Shown one piece after another: positions 19,601-29,758 of a stretch of DNA of 64,000 nt. This DNA is from a virus (lineage: Duplodnaviria; Caudoviricetes). Location of the stretch: IMG/VR virus record IMGVR_UViG_3300015244_002130, positions 5,250 through 69,249 of that record; one strand, 5' to 3'. The stretch's first letter is position 1; each line of letters opens with the position of its first letter. The notes below the pieces were generated by a model. It had not been told where the DNA came from. It did no database searches and saw only the letters and a list, made by a program, of their open reading frames with translations. The position numbers and the translations under genes were made by a program.

Positions 19601-20139
19601 TTAAGATTCTGAAGACAGGAATCAATATATCAAAAGTTGTAGAACAACTTAAAAAATATCCACAAGATTGGGATCATCAAAAACATTTGAAAGATTCCCA
19701 GTCTTTGGTTGACAGGGGATTTGCTGACTTGCCAGTAAGTGCTCTTCAACTTATAATTGGTGGAGTCAAGAAAAAAGAAGACTTTGTTGGAGATTCAGAA
19801 ATTAATATCAAAACTCCAGCATACGAACATCACGGAGAAATTCGAAAGATTATACGCAAAAACTTTGGAAACAGAGAGTTGCATCGTTGTGGATTTCTTT
19901 CTCTTCCGATTGATGAAATTGTGGGAGCACATATTGATGAGGGAACTTACTATCAAACAAGAGATAGATATCACCTTTCTATTTTGGGAAGATATCAATA
20001 TTTCTGTGGAACTGATACAGTGATAGTTGAACCAGGAACTCTTCTATGGTTTAACAATAAATTACCTCACGGAACAGTTAATATTGGTGATGAAACAAGA
20101 ATAACATTTGTATTTGATATGCCTTATGGACAAAGTTGA
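19597..20139 (+). CDS. Asp/Asn beta-hydroxylase-like 2OG-Fe(II) oxygenase
   Basis: HxD (AHIDEG), RYHL, distal HGTVN, RITFVFD. Confidence 0.75.
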   Translation: MIKILKTGINISKVVEQLKKYPQDWDHQKHLKDSQSLVDRGFADLPVSALQLIIGGVKKKEDFVGDSEINIKTPAYEHHGEIRKIIRKNFGNRELHRCGFLSLPIDEIVGAHIDEGTYYQTRDRYHLSILGRYQYFCGTDTVIVEPGTLLWFNNKLPHGTVNIGDETRITFVFDMPYGQS

Positions 20140-21502
20140 GTTTTTGATTCTTCGTAATCTTCTTTATAATGAAAATTACTTAAGAAAAGTTATTCCTTTC
20201 ATTAAATCTGAGTATTTTGAAGATCTTAATCAAAAGATTGTATTTGAAGAGGTTTTAAAGTTTATTCAACAATATAATGAACTTGCTACAAAGGAAGTTC
20301 TTTGCATTGAAGTTGAAAAACGTCAAGATATTAATGACACTTCTTTCAAAGAAATCACACATCTGATTGAATGTCTTGATGATGTTCCAGCAGAGTTTAA
20401 CTGGTTAGTTGATACTACTGAAAAGTGGTGTCGTGATCGTGCCATCTATCTTGCATTGATGGAATCTATTCATATTGCAGATGGAAAGGATGAAAAGAAA
20501 AATCGTGATAGTATTCCCAGCATTCTCTCAGATGCTCTTGCTGTATCTTTTGATACTAACATCGGACACGATTATCTGTTAGACTATGAGGCACGTTATG
20601 AGTCTTATCATAGAAAGGAAGAGAAAATTGAATTTGATCTTGAATATTTTAATAAAATCACAAAAGGTGGTTTACCTAATAAGACTCTCAATATCGCTCT
20701 TGCTGGTACAGGTGTCGGAAAAAGTCTCTTTATGTGCCACGTGGCTGCTTCCGTCTTATTGCAAGGCAGGAACGTTTTGTACATCACTCTTGAAATGGCG
20801 GAGGAACGAATTGCTGAAAGAATTGACGCAAATCTTTTGAATATTCCTATTCAGCAACTCAATGAACTTCCAAAGCAGATGTTTGAGAACAAAGTTACTA
20901 ATCTTGCAAAGAAAACTCAAGGCACTTTGATTATTAAAGAGTATCCAACTGCATCTGCTCATAGTGGACATTTTAAATCTCTGTTGAATGAACTTTCTCT
21001 TAAGAAGTCTTTCAAACCAGATATTATTTTCATTGATTATCTTAATATCTGCTCTTCCTCTCGTTATCGTGGAAACAGTAACATTAATTCCTATACCTTC
21101 ATCAAGGCAATCGCAGAAGAACTTCGTGGACTTGCTTGTGAGTTTAATGTGCCGATTTGCAGTGCGACACAAACGACAAGAAGCGGTTTTGGTTCTTCTG
21201 ATGTTGAATTAACCGATACTTCTGAGTCTTTTGGTCTTCCTGCTACTGCTGACCTTATGTTTGCCCTTATTAGCACTGAAGAGTTGGAAGGACTTGGACA
21301 GATTTTAGTCAAACAACTCAAGAATCGTTATAATGATCCCACGATTCACAAACGTTTTGTAATCGGTATTGATCGTGCCAAAATGCGTCTTTATGATTGC
21401 GAACAGTCTGCACAAGACGACATTCTTGACAATGGAAAAGAAGAGGAGTATGATAATGAAGAAAAGAAACCTAAAAAATCATTTGAGGGATTTAAGTTTT
21501 GA
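20126..21502 (+). CDS. 41: Replicative helicase gp41
   Basis: LAGTGVGKS, ITLEM, IFIDYL, SATQTTRSG, KQLKNRY. Confidence 0.95.
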   Translation: MDKVEFLILRNLLYNENYLRKVIPFIKSEYFEDLNQKIVFEEVLKFIQQYNELATKEVLCIEVEKRQDINDTSFKEITHLIECLDDVPAEFNWLVDTTEKWCRDRAIYLALMESIHIADGKDEKKNRDSIPSILSDALAVSFDTNIGHDYLLDYEARYESYHRKEEKIEFDLEYFNKITKGGLPNKTLNIALAGTGVGKSLFMCHVAASVLLQGRNVLYITLEMAEERIAERIDANLLNIPIQQLNELPKQMFENKVTNLAKKTQGTLIIKEYPTASAHSGHFKSLLNELSLKKSFKPDIIFIDYLNICSSSRYRGNSNINSYTFIKAIAEELRGLACEFNVPICSATQTTRSGFGSSDVELTDTSESFGLPATADLMFALISTEELEGLGQILVKQLKNRYNDPTIHKRFVIGIDRAKMRLYDCEQSAQDDILDNGKEEEYDNEEKKPKKSFEGFKF

Positions 21503-21969
21503 TTCGTATTAATAAAGAAATTCTTCCTGATGGATCTACTAAATTTACTATGACTGAAAGCAAAGTTATTGATACAAAAAAATATATTGAGTTTGTTCGT
21601 CAAACTACAAGTCCCGCAAGTAGTGATTTTGCAGCACTTCTTGCACGTATGACTGAACTTGAAGCAACGAATGATGCAGATGTTCCTCGTCTTTTAACTG
21701 CTGCCCTTGGCATGACAGCAGAAGCAGGAGAATTTACTGAAGTTGTAAAGAAAATTGTAATGCAAGGAAAACCTTATAATGAAGAAAATGTTTTCCATAT
21801 GAAGAGGGAACTTGGTGATATCTGTTGGTATCTTGCACAAGCTTGTATGGCACTTGATACTAACTTTGAAGAAGTTCTTCAAATGAACTATGAGAAACTG
21901 AGTGCTCGTTATCCTGAAGGGACTTTTGATGTATATCGTTCTGAAAATCGTGTGGAGGGAGATTTGTGA
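21499..21969 (+). CDS. mazG: MazG-like nucleotide pyrophosphohydrolase
   Basis: AEAGEFTEVVKK...ELGDICWY acidic motifs; true start may be the ATG at 21550. Confidence 0.88.
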   Translation: MIRINKEILPDGSTKFTMTESKVIDTKKYIEFVRQTTSPASSDFAALLARMTELEATNDADVPRLLTAALGMTAEAGEFTEVVKKIVMQGKPYNEENVFHMKRELGDICWYLAQACMALDTNFEEVLQMNYEKLSARYPEGTFDVYRSENRVEGDL

Positions 21970-22151
21970 CTAAAGAGAAGCAAGTAATAGTTAAAATGGA
22001 TGCTCGTACAGCAGCAGCAGTTCGACAAGTTCTCTTTGAAGCACAAAAAGGTTATACTTATGATGAAGTAAGTGTTCCCCCTCGTGTTGCTGATATTCGT
22101 TCAGTCATTCAAAGTATTGACGACAATCTTGGAGCAGCACTTGGAGTTTGA
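21966..22151 (+). CDS. Hypothetical protein
   Basis: 61-aa ORF with GGAGG RBS. Confidence 0.65.
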   Translation: MTKEKQVIVKMDARTAAAVRQVLFEAQKGYTYDEVSVPPRVADIRSVIQSIDDNLGAALGV

Positions 22152-22178
22152 CCCTTTGGGGGTCTTTTTTTATAAATA
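22150..22178 (+). terminator. Terminator followed by a late promoter
   Basis: gaccc-tttg-ggggtc plus T-run, then TATAAATA at 22171-22178. Confidence 0.7.
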
Positions 22179-22200
22179 ACTAAAAAGTATTTGTAGAAAA

Positions 22201-23136
22201 ATGGGTCCTCAAGAATTACGCGGTTTGTGTGAAGCTTATACTGCTGTTTATGATGAAGAACTTAGAGATGAGTTGGAAGAAATGTCAGATGAATTTTCTG
22301 GCATTGAAGATCTAAGTGATGAAGAAATTGATGCAATTGTTGAAGAAACAATTGATGAGATGCTTGATGAAGGGTATGAGTTTGATGAAGTAGAAGAGAT
22401 TTTTGAAGAAGTTCTTTCTGAAGCAAGAGTTGATATGGCAGCTCGTGCTGCTGCAAGAAAAAAAGAAATGGCAGCATCAGAAAAGTCTGCAAAAGAAGCA
22501 AGACGTAGAGGTGCCTCAGTAGTCAGGAAAGAAAAAAGAGCAGAAGCAATTTCTAAAGTAAAAGGTGCTGTTAAGTCGGCACTTTCAAAAGCAAAAGAAG
22601 CAGGTAAGTCTGCTGTTGGTAGAGCAAAGGAAGCAGGTAGATCTGCAAAGTTTCATACTGTCGATAAAACAGTAGCAGCATACGCAACTAAGAGAGGACT
22701 TCATCCTGCTGCAGGGATGGCAGCAAGATCAAAAGATCCTGAAAAGAGAAGAGGACTGAGAGCAAAAGTTGCTTCTGATATTAAGGGTAGAATCAAAAAG
22801 AAAATTGCTCAAGCACAAGTAGGTGCTTATAGTGCTGCCAGAAAGGCAGGTCAAGCAGCATCTGATGTTGCAGGAAGAGCAAAGCAAAGTGCTAAGAATA
22901 CTGCAGCAAGGGGTAAGAGAGGTATTAAAGGTGCAGTTGCTGGAGCAGCATCTAAAGTTGCTTCTGGTGCATCAAAGATTGCTTCAAGAATGGCAACTGA
23001 AGAAGTTGATGTTTATGATGTTGTTCTTGAGTATCTTCTTGATGGAGGTTATGCTGATACTCAAGAAGCAGCAGAAAAAATTATGTTAAATATGAGTGAA
23101 GAGTGGAAAAACGAAATCATTTCTAATTGTGATTGA
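22201..23136 (+). CDS. Late protein with acidic termini and an Ala/Lys-rich core (putative internal head protein)
   Basis: D/E-rich residues 1-75, K/A/R-rich middle, acidic C-terminus; late promoter upstream. Confidence 0.75.
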   Translation: MGPQELRGLCEAYTAVYDEELRDELEEMSDEFSGIEDLSDEEIDAIVEETIDEMLDEGYEFDEVEEIFEEVLSEARVDMAARAAARKKEMAASEKSAKEARRRGASVVRKEKRAEAISKVKGAVKSALSKAKEAGKSAVGRAKEAGRSAKFHTVDKTVAAYATKRGLHPAAGMAARSKDPEKRRGLRAKVASDIKGRIKKKIAQAQVGAYSAARKAGQAASDVAGRAKQSAKNTAARGKRGIKGAVAGAASKVASGASKIASRMATEEVDVYDVVLEYLLDGGYADTQEAAEKIMLNMSEEWKNEIISNCD

Positions 23137-23166
23137 TAAATAAATCGGAAGGTTGCTCTGACCCAC

Positions 23167-23195
23167 TTGACTTTTAGTTGAGTGGGTCTTATACT
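23167..23195 (+). promoter_or_regulatory. sigma70-type promoter of tRNA-Ala
   Basis: TTGACT-N17-TATACT inside the inverted repeat gacccact...agtgggtc. Confidence 0.65.
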
Positions 23196-23204
23196 TTTTA
23201 TAAC

Positions 23205-23278
23205 GGGGATATAGCTCAGTTGGTAGTAGCACTTGCTTTGCAAGCAAGATGTCATCGGTTCGAGTCCGATTATCTCCA
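23205..23278 (+). tRNA. tRNA-Ala(UGC)
   Basis: Acceptor ggggata/tatctcc, anticodon arm cttgc-tttgcaa-gcaag, GGTTCGAGTCC T-arm; no encoded CCA. Confidence 0.93.
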
Positions 23279-23327
23279 TAAATACGGGAATTGAAAAAAA
23301 ATAAATATAAGTATAATAAAAAGTAAT

Positions 23328-24608
23328 ATGAAGAGTTTCTCCCAATTTTTATTTGAAGCAGCACAATCACAAGCATCAATGCAAGCAAAAAAACTTGGAT
23401 TGCGTGGAGATGGGCACGGTAGTTGGTTGGATCGTTCTGGGAAAACGATAGCAAGAACTGAAGATGGGAAATTGAAGTTTATTGATGGACGACAAGCACC
23501 AACAAAACAGGAACCAAAACAATCTGTAGGATCTACTCCTGCACAACAATCAAAAACAGTAACTTCCACACCTACTACTTCTACTCCTCAAAAACCGAAA
23601 GTAGAACCTAAAGATCAAGCACCAGAGGAAGGTGATACTCTCACTGTAGTGTTTGGAAGATTTAATCCTCCAACAATAGGGCACGAAAAACTTTTACGAT
23701 CGGCAAAAAGAATTTCTGTTGGGGGAGATGTTAAGATATACCCATCAAGAACTCAAGATCCTAAAAAAAATCCCTTACCGCCAGATACAAAAATCTCATA
23801 TATGAGAAAAATGTTTTCTGATTTTGATGAGAATATTATTAATGATCCAAATATGAAAACAATTTTTGATGTCCTTATAAATGCAAATAAAGAAGGATAT
23901 TCAAATATTAATTTAGTGGTAGGTTCTGATCGTCAATCCGAATTTGAAAATTTAGCTCAAAAGTATAATGGTGATTTGTATACTTTTGATTTAATTCGTG
24001 TTGTTTCTGCTGGTGTAAGAGATGCTGATGCTGAAGGTGTGGAGGGAATGTCAGCTTCTAAAATGAGAAAAGCAGTAATGGATAATGATTTTAACTCATT
24101 CCGTAGAGGAACTCCAAAAACACTAGATGATGGAGATACTCAAGCACTTTTTGATGCTGTTCGTCAGGGAATGGGTGTTAAGAAAACAAAAATTAAAAAG
24201 GAAAGTTATAATTTATGGGAGATTGCCCCAAAATTTGATATGAAAAATCTTCGTGAAAATTATGTAAAATGTAAGATTTTTAGAATAGGTGATAAAGTGG
24301 AAAATTTAAATACTGGATTGATTGGAGAAGTAATGCGTAGAGGAACCAATCATCTTATTTGTGTAACTGAAGAGGGTTATATGTTTAAATCTTGGATTAA
24401 AGATTTGATGGAATATACTGAAGTAAAAATGGATAAGATGTATAGACTTCCTGGAAAGCCAAATACTTTGGCAGGAACTACTGGATATTTAAAATATGCA
24501 GTACAACAAACTCCAGGGTCTACATTGGGTAAGAAAAATATTCAGCAAGGTGGTAGAGTATTTTTAGATTTCATAAATAAGTATAAGAAAAAGAAAGTAA
24601 GTGCTTAA
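23328..24608 (+). CDS. HxGH-family nucleotidyltransferase (cytidyltransferase-like) with an N-terminal extension
   Basis: VVFGRFNPPTIGHEKL, GSDR, SASKMR; starts MKSFSQFLFEA; P/T-rich linker. Confidence 0.8.
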   Translation: MKSFSQFLFEAAQSQASMQAKKLGLRGDGHGSWLDRSGKTIARTEDGKLKFIDGRQAPTKQEPKQSVGSTPAQQSKTVTSTPTTSTPQKPKVEPKDQAPEEGDTLTVVFGRFNPPTIGHEKLLRSAKRISVGGDVKIYPSRTQDPKKNPLPPDTKISYMRKMFSDFDENIINDPNMKTIFDVLINANKEGYSNINLVVGSDRQSEFENLAQKYNGDLYTFDLIRVVSAGVRDADAEGVEGMSASKMRKAVMDNDFNSFRRGTPKTLDDGDTQALFDAVRQGMGVKKTKIKKESYNLWEIAPKFDMKNLRENYVKCKIFRIGDKVENLNTGLIGEVMRRGTNHLICVTEEGYMFKSWIKDLMEYTEVKMDKMYRLPGKPNTLAGTTGYLKYAVQQTPGSTLGKKNIQQGGRVFLDFINKYKKKKVSA

Positions 24609-24610
24609 AA

Positions 24611-26680
24611 ATGTCTATCAATCCTCTGAACGATATTTCTAAAGTTTATTTGGAGCAAGTTGCTGTTTCTGAAGCAAAAGTAGATAAATTAAAACCAGAG
24701 CACGAAAGGGCCACTGCAAGAGATAAAAGAAGTGAATTTTCTGATCTTCCAGGATCTGGTGCAAGACGTGCAAGAAGAATTGCTCATCGAGAAAGAGATG
24801 AAATGAGAAAGGATGCGAAAGATATCCGTAGGGGTAGATTAGATGCACCTCAATTTCAGGGAAAGACTGGGCAAGAACGCATTACCCAAGTTAAAAAAGC
24901 AATGGGTATGAAGGAAGAAAAAAAACCCAATGATGGCAATCTAGCAAATAATTATCCTCCATATGATAAAGTCACCAGAGGAGATGTAATTGCTGGTAGA
25001 CTTGGTAAAGATGAAATGGGTGGAAAGAAAAAAGTAACTAAAGAAGGATATTCTAATTGGAGACAAGATCTTTCTGAAGTTCTTGGTAATGTAAAGGACG
25101 ATAAAAAAATTGCAGAGAAAAAAATTAATAATAAAATTACAATTAATCCTAAACTTGATCTTGGTGAAGCAATTGAAAATCTTGGTGGATCTTTAGTTGA
25201 AATGGTAGAACTTGATGAAGAATTTATTTATGAAACTGCTAATATTGCAGCTGAATATTTTTATGAAATGGGTTTGAATGAGTTTGGGATTGGCATTTTA
25301 ATTGAAGAACTTGGACTTGAAGGTTTTGTTGATTTTGTCTTTGAATTATCTGAGGAATATACTTTAACTGAAGCAAGAAGAAGTGGTAAAATTGAACCAG
25401 TGACTGCCAAAGGAACGGCATTTAAATCTGGAAAACCGACTGGAAAATCATTACAAAGACTTCGTGCCCAAAAAGCAGCAAGAAAAGAAGCAGAAGCAAA
25501 AGCATCTTCATCAAAACCATCAGGAATGAAAGCAGCACTTCAAAGACAGTCTGCTGTTGCAAGTGCTAAAAAACAACAACCCACAAAAAAACCAATTAAG
25601 GATAGAATTGCTAAAGGAGTTTTAAGTGCTCTTGATGCATATCAGAAGGGTATGGAACGTCATAGAGCAGCAACTGCAACTGCTGGTAAAGCATTGAGAG
25701 TTGCTGGAAAGGGTGCTTCTGAGTTTGGAAGAGGAGTTGCCTCTGGAGTAAAAACTGTAGGTAAAGTTGCAAAAGATGTTCGTAGAGTTGTTGGGGAAAG
25801 TGAAGAAATTGATGAAGCAAAAGTAGAATCTGGGGAAAGTGAAGCAACTAAAAAGGACATCAGAAGTCGTCGTTATGTTGAAAAAACAAAAGGTGCCGAA
25901 GGTGTAAGAAATTATGATGCAATGGGTTCTACTGCTCCTAATTGGGTGACTGCAGCAAGACGTAGAGCACATAAATCGGAAAGAGGAATTAAAAGAGAAG
26001 AGTTTGAATTGGATGAAAAAACTTTAAGTGCTGCTGAGACTAAAAAGAAAGAAGAAATTGTAAAATCAATGAAGGATAAAGCAGTAGATTTTGAAAAGAG
26101 ATATCCTGGTCGTGGTAAAGAAGTAATGTATGCCACTGCCACTAAGATGGCAAAGAAGATGTCTGAGCAGGCAATGGAACTGCAACCAAAATCGCAACAA
26201 TCATCACAACCCGAAAAATCCGATCAGCAACAAAAAAAGTTGCAGCAACAACAAGATAGAATGAGACAACAAGAAGTTCAAATTATTCAAAGAAAACTTC
26301 AAACATTAAGATCTGCACCTAAAGGATCTGATCCTTCTATTATGGCTGGATATGAACCAGAAGGTGGGATGGTTGATGAGGCAAGAGCAGAAGAAAAAAG
26401 AGGATATGGTTCCACTGGGGCACAAAGACAAAAACAAAAAACTGGAGTTACAACTTCTTCAGGTCAAGTTGCACACCCAGCAACTTCTTATTCAGGAGGA
26501 CAAAATCCTCACCTAAGAGGTAAAGGTGGTGGAAATAAAGAGCAAAGAAGAGCAGCAAGTCGTAGATATGTTGATCAACCAGGTGGAGTTTATGCCAAAC
26601 CTGAAAATAAACAGGGTGAAGGCAGATATGCTGAAAAACAGGCAAGAAAAAGACCCGATCTTGGTTCTAGATTTGATTGA
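24611..26680 (+). CDS. Large modular late protein with alternating acidic and basic segments (putative internal head polyprotein)
   Basis: 689 aa; repeated [LIV]-x-E-A junctions; K/A/R-rich blocks; Q-rich segment. Confidence 0.75.
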   Translation: MSINPLNDISKVYLEQVAVSEAKVDKLKPEHERATARDKRSEFSDLPGSGARRARRIAHRERDEMRKDAKDIRRGRLDAPQFQGKTGQERITQVKKAMGMKEEKKPNDGNLANNYPPYDKVTRGDVIAGRLGKDEMGGKKKVTKEGYSNWRQDLSEVLGNVKDDKKIAEKKINNKITINPKLDLGEAIENLGGSLVEMVELDEEFIYETANIAAEYFYEMGLNEFGIGILIEELGLEGFVDFVFELSEEYTLTEARRSGKIEPVTAKGTAFKSGKPTGKSLQRLRAQKAARKEAEAKASSSKPSGMKAALQRQSAVASAKKQQPTKKPIKDRIAKGVLSALDAYQKGMERHRAATATAGKALRVAGKGASEFGRGVASGVKTVGKVAKDVRRVVGESEEIDEAKVESGESEATKKDIRSRRYVEKTKGAEGVRNYDAMGSTAPNWVTAARRRAHKSERGIKREEFELDEKTLSAAETKKKEEIVKSMKDKAVDFEKRYPGRGKEVMYATATKMAKKMSEQAMELQPKSQQSSQPEKSDQQQKKLQQQQDRMRQQEVQIIQRKLQTLRSAPKGSDPSIMAGYEPEGGMVDEARAEEKRGYGSTGAQRQKQKTGVTTSSGQVAHPATSYSGGQNPHLRGKGGGNKEQRRAASRRYVDQPGGVYAKPENKQGEGRYAEKQARKRPDLGSRFD

Positions 26681-26740
26681 TAGTTAAAAAACAGTAAAAT
26701 CCCTAAATAGGTTAGGACACTTCCAAACACGGAGGACATT

Positions 26741-26911
26741 ATGGGCGCACTTGTAGAACTAGTAAAACCACTTCTTCTTTTAGCAGTTAACTCTTGCCAC
26801 ACCAAGAGACTTGTATGTGATCTTCTTGATCGTTATGTCAAGACCACTGATAATGATGTTGATAATGTAATTGCTGCTACAGTAAGAACAGCACTTCTCA
26901 AAAATTGCTGA
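26741..26911 (+). CDS. 56-aa hypothetical protein (not in the ORF track)
   Basis: GGAGGA RBS, CTAAATA upstream; MGALVELVKPLLL...LLKNC. Confidence 0.65.
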   Translation: MGALVELVKPLLLLAVNSCHTKRLVCDLLDRYVKTTDNDVDNVIAATVRTALLKNC

Positions 26912-26936
26912 TAAGTAGATACAAAATATCTCAAAA

Positions 26937-26974
26937 AGGAGACCTTTAAGTAGGGTCTCTTTTTTTTATAAATA
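26937..26974 (+). terminator. Terminator plus late promoter
   Basis: gagacc-tttaagta-gggtctc plus T-run; TATAAATA at 26967-26974. Confidence 0.65.
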
Positions 26975-27005
26975 TTCTTAGAATAACAAATTGTAGGTAA
27001 CACGA

Positions 27006-27767
27006 ATGGCACTCTGGGGAAATAATGATGCTAAAGGTTCTGGTGGAACAGTATCTCTTAATTATGATACCCTTGTTGTAACCGGTTCAGGCACTACTTT
27101 TGGGCAAGTTGGTGCAGCTGCAACCGGTGACATAATCAGATTTGGAAACAGAACTGGCACCTATTACGGTGACGCAGTAATCGTTGGTATTGCAAGCACA
27201 ACTCAACTATCAATCGGTAGAACCTGTGGATTGAGTGGTGCTGCTATTTCTGGAGTTCAATTTGACATCAGCGAACTTCCAAAGTATACAATTAAAGATC
27301 CAAGATATCAGCAAATTTTTACAGATCCCACCGAAACTTCACTTGTTCTTTCTACCACAGCATCCTTAACTGCTGGTATTGCAACGAGTATTGTATATGT
27401 TGGAAGCACTTCTGGAATTACAACAGGAGACACTCTTGTAAGTGGTAGTGTATCCCGAATTGTAGTTTCTTTTGCTTCAACGTTTGTCTCTCTTGCTTCC
27501 ACAATTGCTTCTGCAATTACTTCAGGAAGTAAGGTTGATTTTACTAGAGTGACTGGTGGTTATGAAGCATCAATTTATGGTGTTGCTGATGGTGGAATGG
27601 ATTCTGCAGCAACTACCACATATCAGTTAAGTCACGCAGGTTGGGTTGGTATTCAAACCTATATGGATGCAGAGGGAAATCTAAGAGTTAAGAAAGAAAC
27701 TCTTGTAGCAATGTCTGGTATTACTACTGGCAATACTCCACTTTATGATAGCAATCCACTGCTTTGA
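27006..27767 (+). CDS. Probable virion structural protein
   Basis: Late promoter; G/T/S-rich beta-type composition; starts MALWG. Confidence 0.6.
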   Translation: MALWGNNDAKGSGGTVSLNYDTLVVTGSGTTFGQVGAAATGDIIRFGNRTGTYYGDAVIVGIASTTQLSIGRTCGLSGAAISGVQFDISELPKYTIKDPRYQQIFTDPTETSLVLSTTASLTAGIATSIVYVGSTSGITTGDTLVSGSVSRIVVSFASTFVSLASTIASAITSGSKVDFTRVTGGYEASIYGVADGGMDSAATTTYQLSHAGWVGIQTYMDAEGNLRVKKETLVAMSGITTGNTPLYDSNPLL

Positions 27768-27773
27768 TATTGT

Positions 27774-28166
27774 ATGATTTTTAATGAATTGAATGAAGAT
27801 AATTTTCTTCTATTTGCAATTAAACATTATGAAAATCCTCAGGCAGTTACCAGAGAAGATTTTGATAAAGATTTAAATCATTTCAAGTATATTAAAAGAT
27901 TATTGAAAAGATATAGAAATACTGGTGAACTTAAAACTCATCTTCTCTTGAATCATTTTATTATTCTTTACAATATATTTGGTGAAGCAACAACTCCTAT
28001 GTTGTTTTTTAAAATTGAAAAGGAACTTTGGTCTCCTGTAAAAAGTTTTATTATTTTTTTGAATAGACTTCCAGAATATCCAAAATCAAGTATTCACGAT
28101 ATACAAGTTGATTTAAATTGTTTATCTAAACTTCAGCAAATCTATAATGGACCTCAAGAAACTTGA
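27774..28166 (+). CDS. Hypothetical protein
   Basis: 130-aa ORF in operon context. Confidence 0.7.
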   Translation: MIFNELNEDNFLLFAIKHYENPQAVTREDFDKDLNHFKYIKRLLKRYRNTGELKTHLLLNHFIILYNIFGEATTPMLFFKIEKELWSPVKSFIIFLNRLPEYPKSSIHDIQVDLNCLSKLQQIYNGPQET

Positions 28167-28350
28167 TAAAATTATTTCAATCATCCGTGAGCAAATGGTA
28201 GCAAATGCTCCTGGAGGATCTGGTGGATTTAGTGGTTCAGCAGATCCAAAAGGACCTGTTGCTGGATTTGATCCTGTTATGGGAAAAGTTCGGAAAAGAT
28301 ATATGAAAGGAAAAAGAAAACCTTGGTTAGATTATCTAAAAAATAAATAA
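28147..28350 (+). CDS. Hypothetical protein, Gly-rich then basic
   Basis: 67-aa ORF overlapping the upstream stop. Confidence 0.6.
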   Translation: MDLKKLDKIISIIREQMVANAPGGSGGFSGSADPKGPVAGFDPVMGKVRKRYMKGKRKPWLDYLKNK

Positions 28351-28406
28351 AAGAGAGAGAATTCAAAATTATAAATTGAATTGGGATATTTACAATACCC
28401 AAAACA

Positions 28407-28787
28407 ATGGAAGAAGTAAAAGTAGCAGTTCTAGAACAAAAACTTGAAGATCTCAAAGATATCATCGTCAAAATTGATGATGCTATTGAAAAGATGAGTG
28501 AGGTAAATAGTAATGTCGGTAAAATGCTTGCCGTTCATGAACAAAGAATTACCAAGCAAGAAGAGATTGACAACTTACTCTTTACTAAAATTGACAAACT
28601 CCGTGATAAAGTTGACATCGATTATAACCTCGTTGTGTCAAGAGTACAGGTAATAGAAAAAAGAGTTTGGATGGCCATCGGTGCAGTTGCCTGCATTACT
28701 TTTTTAATAAATAACACCCGTGTCATTGAAATCTTGACACCAGACTCCTCAGGTGCTACGATAGAGCAACGCAATTTTGAAAATTAA
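28407..28787 (+). CDS. Coiled-coil protein with a C-terminal transmembrane helix
   Basis: Heptad-rich N-terminus; VWMAIGAVACITFLI hydrophobic segment. Confidence 0.65.
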   Translation: MEEVKVAVLEQKLEDLKDIIVKIDDAIEKMSEVNSNVGKMLAVHEQRITKQEEIDNLLFTKIDKLRDKVDIDYNLVVSRVQVIEKRVWMAIGAVACITFLINNTRVIEILTPDSSGATIEQRNFEN

Positions 28788-28789
28788 TT

Positions 28790-29758
28790 ATGGATTTTGT
28801 TGATGTTAAATACATCAATTTGATTTCTTCCCGATTCCAAAAGTTTAAAAAGGTAAAAAATAATCTTTATAACTTTAGGTGTCCAATTTGTGGAGACTCT
28901 CAAAAGAACAAAAATAAAGCACGGGGATATCTTTATCAAGTTAAAAATAATACAAACTTTAAGTGTCATAATTGTGGAATCAATATATCGTTTAACAATT
29001 TTCTTAAACAGATAGATTCGACAATTTACAAACAATATACTTTTGATAAGTTCAAAGAAGGACATACTGGTAAGAATTTTACAGTAGAAGAACCTGTATT
29101 TAATTTTGAAGCACCTCAATTCAAACCGAAGTTAGATTTACCAAAAGCAGCAGAAAATCAAAAAGCAAAAGAATACTTAGAAAGTAGAAAACTAAATCCG
29201 GATAAATTTTATTACACTGATAAATTTAAATCGTGGACAAATTCTCTAAAAGAAGTCTTCGATGATACCACCAAAGATGAACCTAGGATTATCATTCCTT
29301 TGTTCTATCAAAATACTTTAGTTGGATTTCAAGGTAGAGCACTTGGTCCAAGTAAGATCAAATACATTACTGTAATGCTGAGTGATGACGCACCAAAAAT
29401 CTATGGACTCGATGAAGTTCAAAAAAACAAAACTGTATATGTCACCGAAGGACCATTTGACTCAACCTTCATTTCAAATGCGATTGCTATGTGTGGAGCT
29501 GATGGTGATGTTAGTAAGTGGGGCATTAACAATCCTGTTTGGATATATGATAACGAACCACGTAATTCAGAAATCCTATCAAGAATTTCCCGTGTTATCG
29601 AAATTGGACAAAAAGTTGTCATCTGGCCTTCATCAATAAAAGAGAAGGATATTAATGATATGATTTTGTCTGGACTTGATGCTCAGAACGTGATAGAATC
29701 AAATGCATATTCTGGATTAGAAGCAAAACTTAAATTTACTACCTGGAAAAAAGTATGA
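28790..29758 (+). CDS. 61: DNA primase gp61
   Basis: CPICGD...CHNC zinc finger, RIIIP, FQGR, TEGPFDS, KDIND TOPRIM motifs. Confidence 0.95.
   Translation: MDFVDVKYINLISSRFQKFKKVKNNLYNFRCPICGDSQKNKNKARGYLYQVKNNTNFKCHNCGINISFNNFLKQIDSTIYKQYTFDKFKEGHTGKNFTVEEPVFNFEAPQFKPKLDLPKAAENQKAKEYLESRKLNPDKFYYTDKFKSWTNSLKEVFDDTTKDEPRIIIPLFYQNTLVGFQGRALGPSKIKYITVMLSDDAPKIYGLDEVQKNKTVYVTEGPFDSTFISNAIAMCGADGDVSKWGINNPVWIYDNEPRNSEILSRISRVIEIGQKVVIWPSSIKEKDINDMILSGLDAQNVIESNAYSGLEAKLKFTTWKKV

Noticed and set aside
22201-26680. Tandem DNA repeats or a CRISPR-like array in the low-complexity late genes
   Set aside because: Repetition is at the amino-acid composition level (A/K/R); no fixed-length repeat-spacer pattern was seen anywhere in the window
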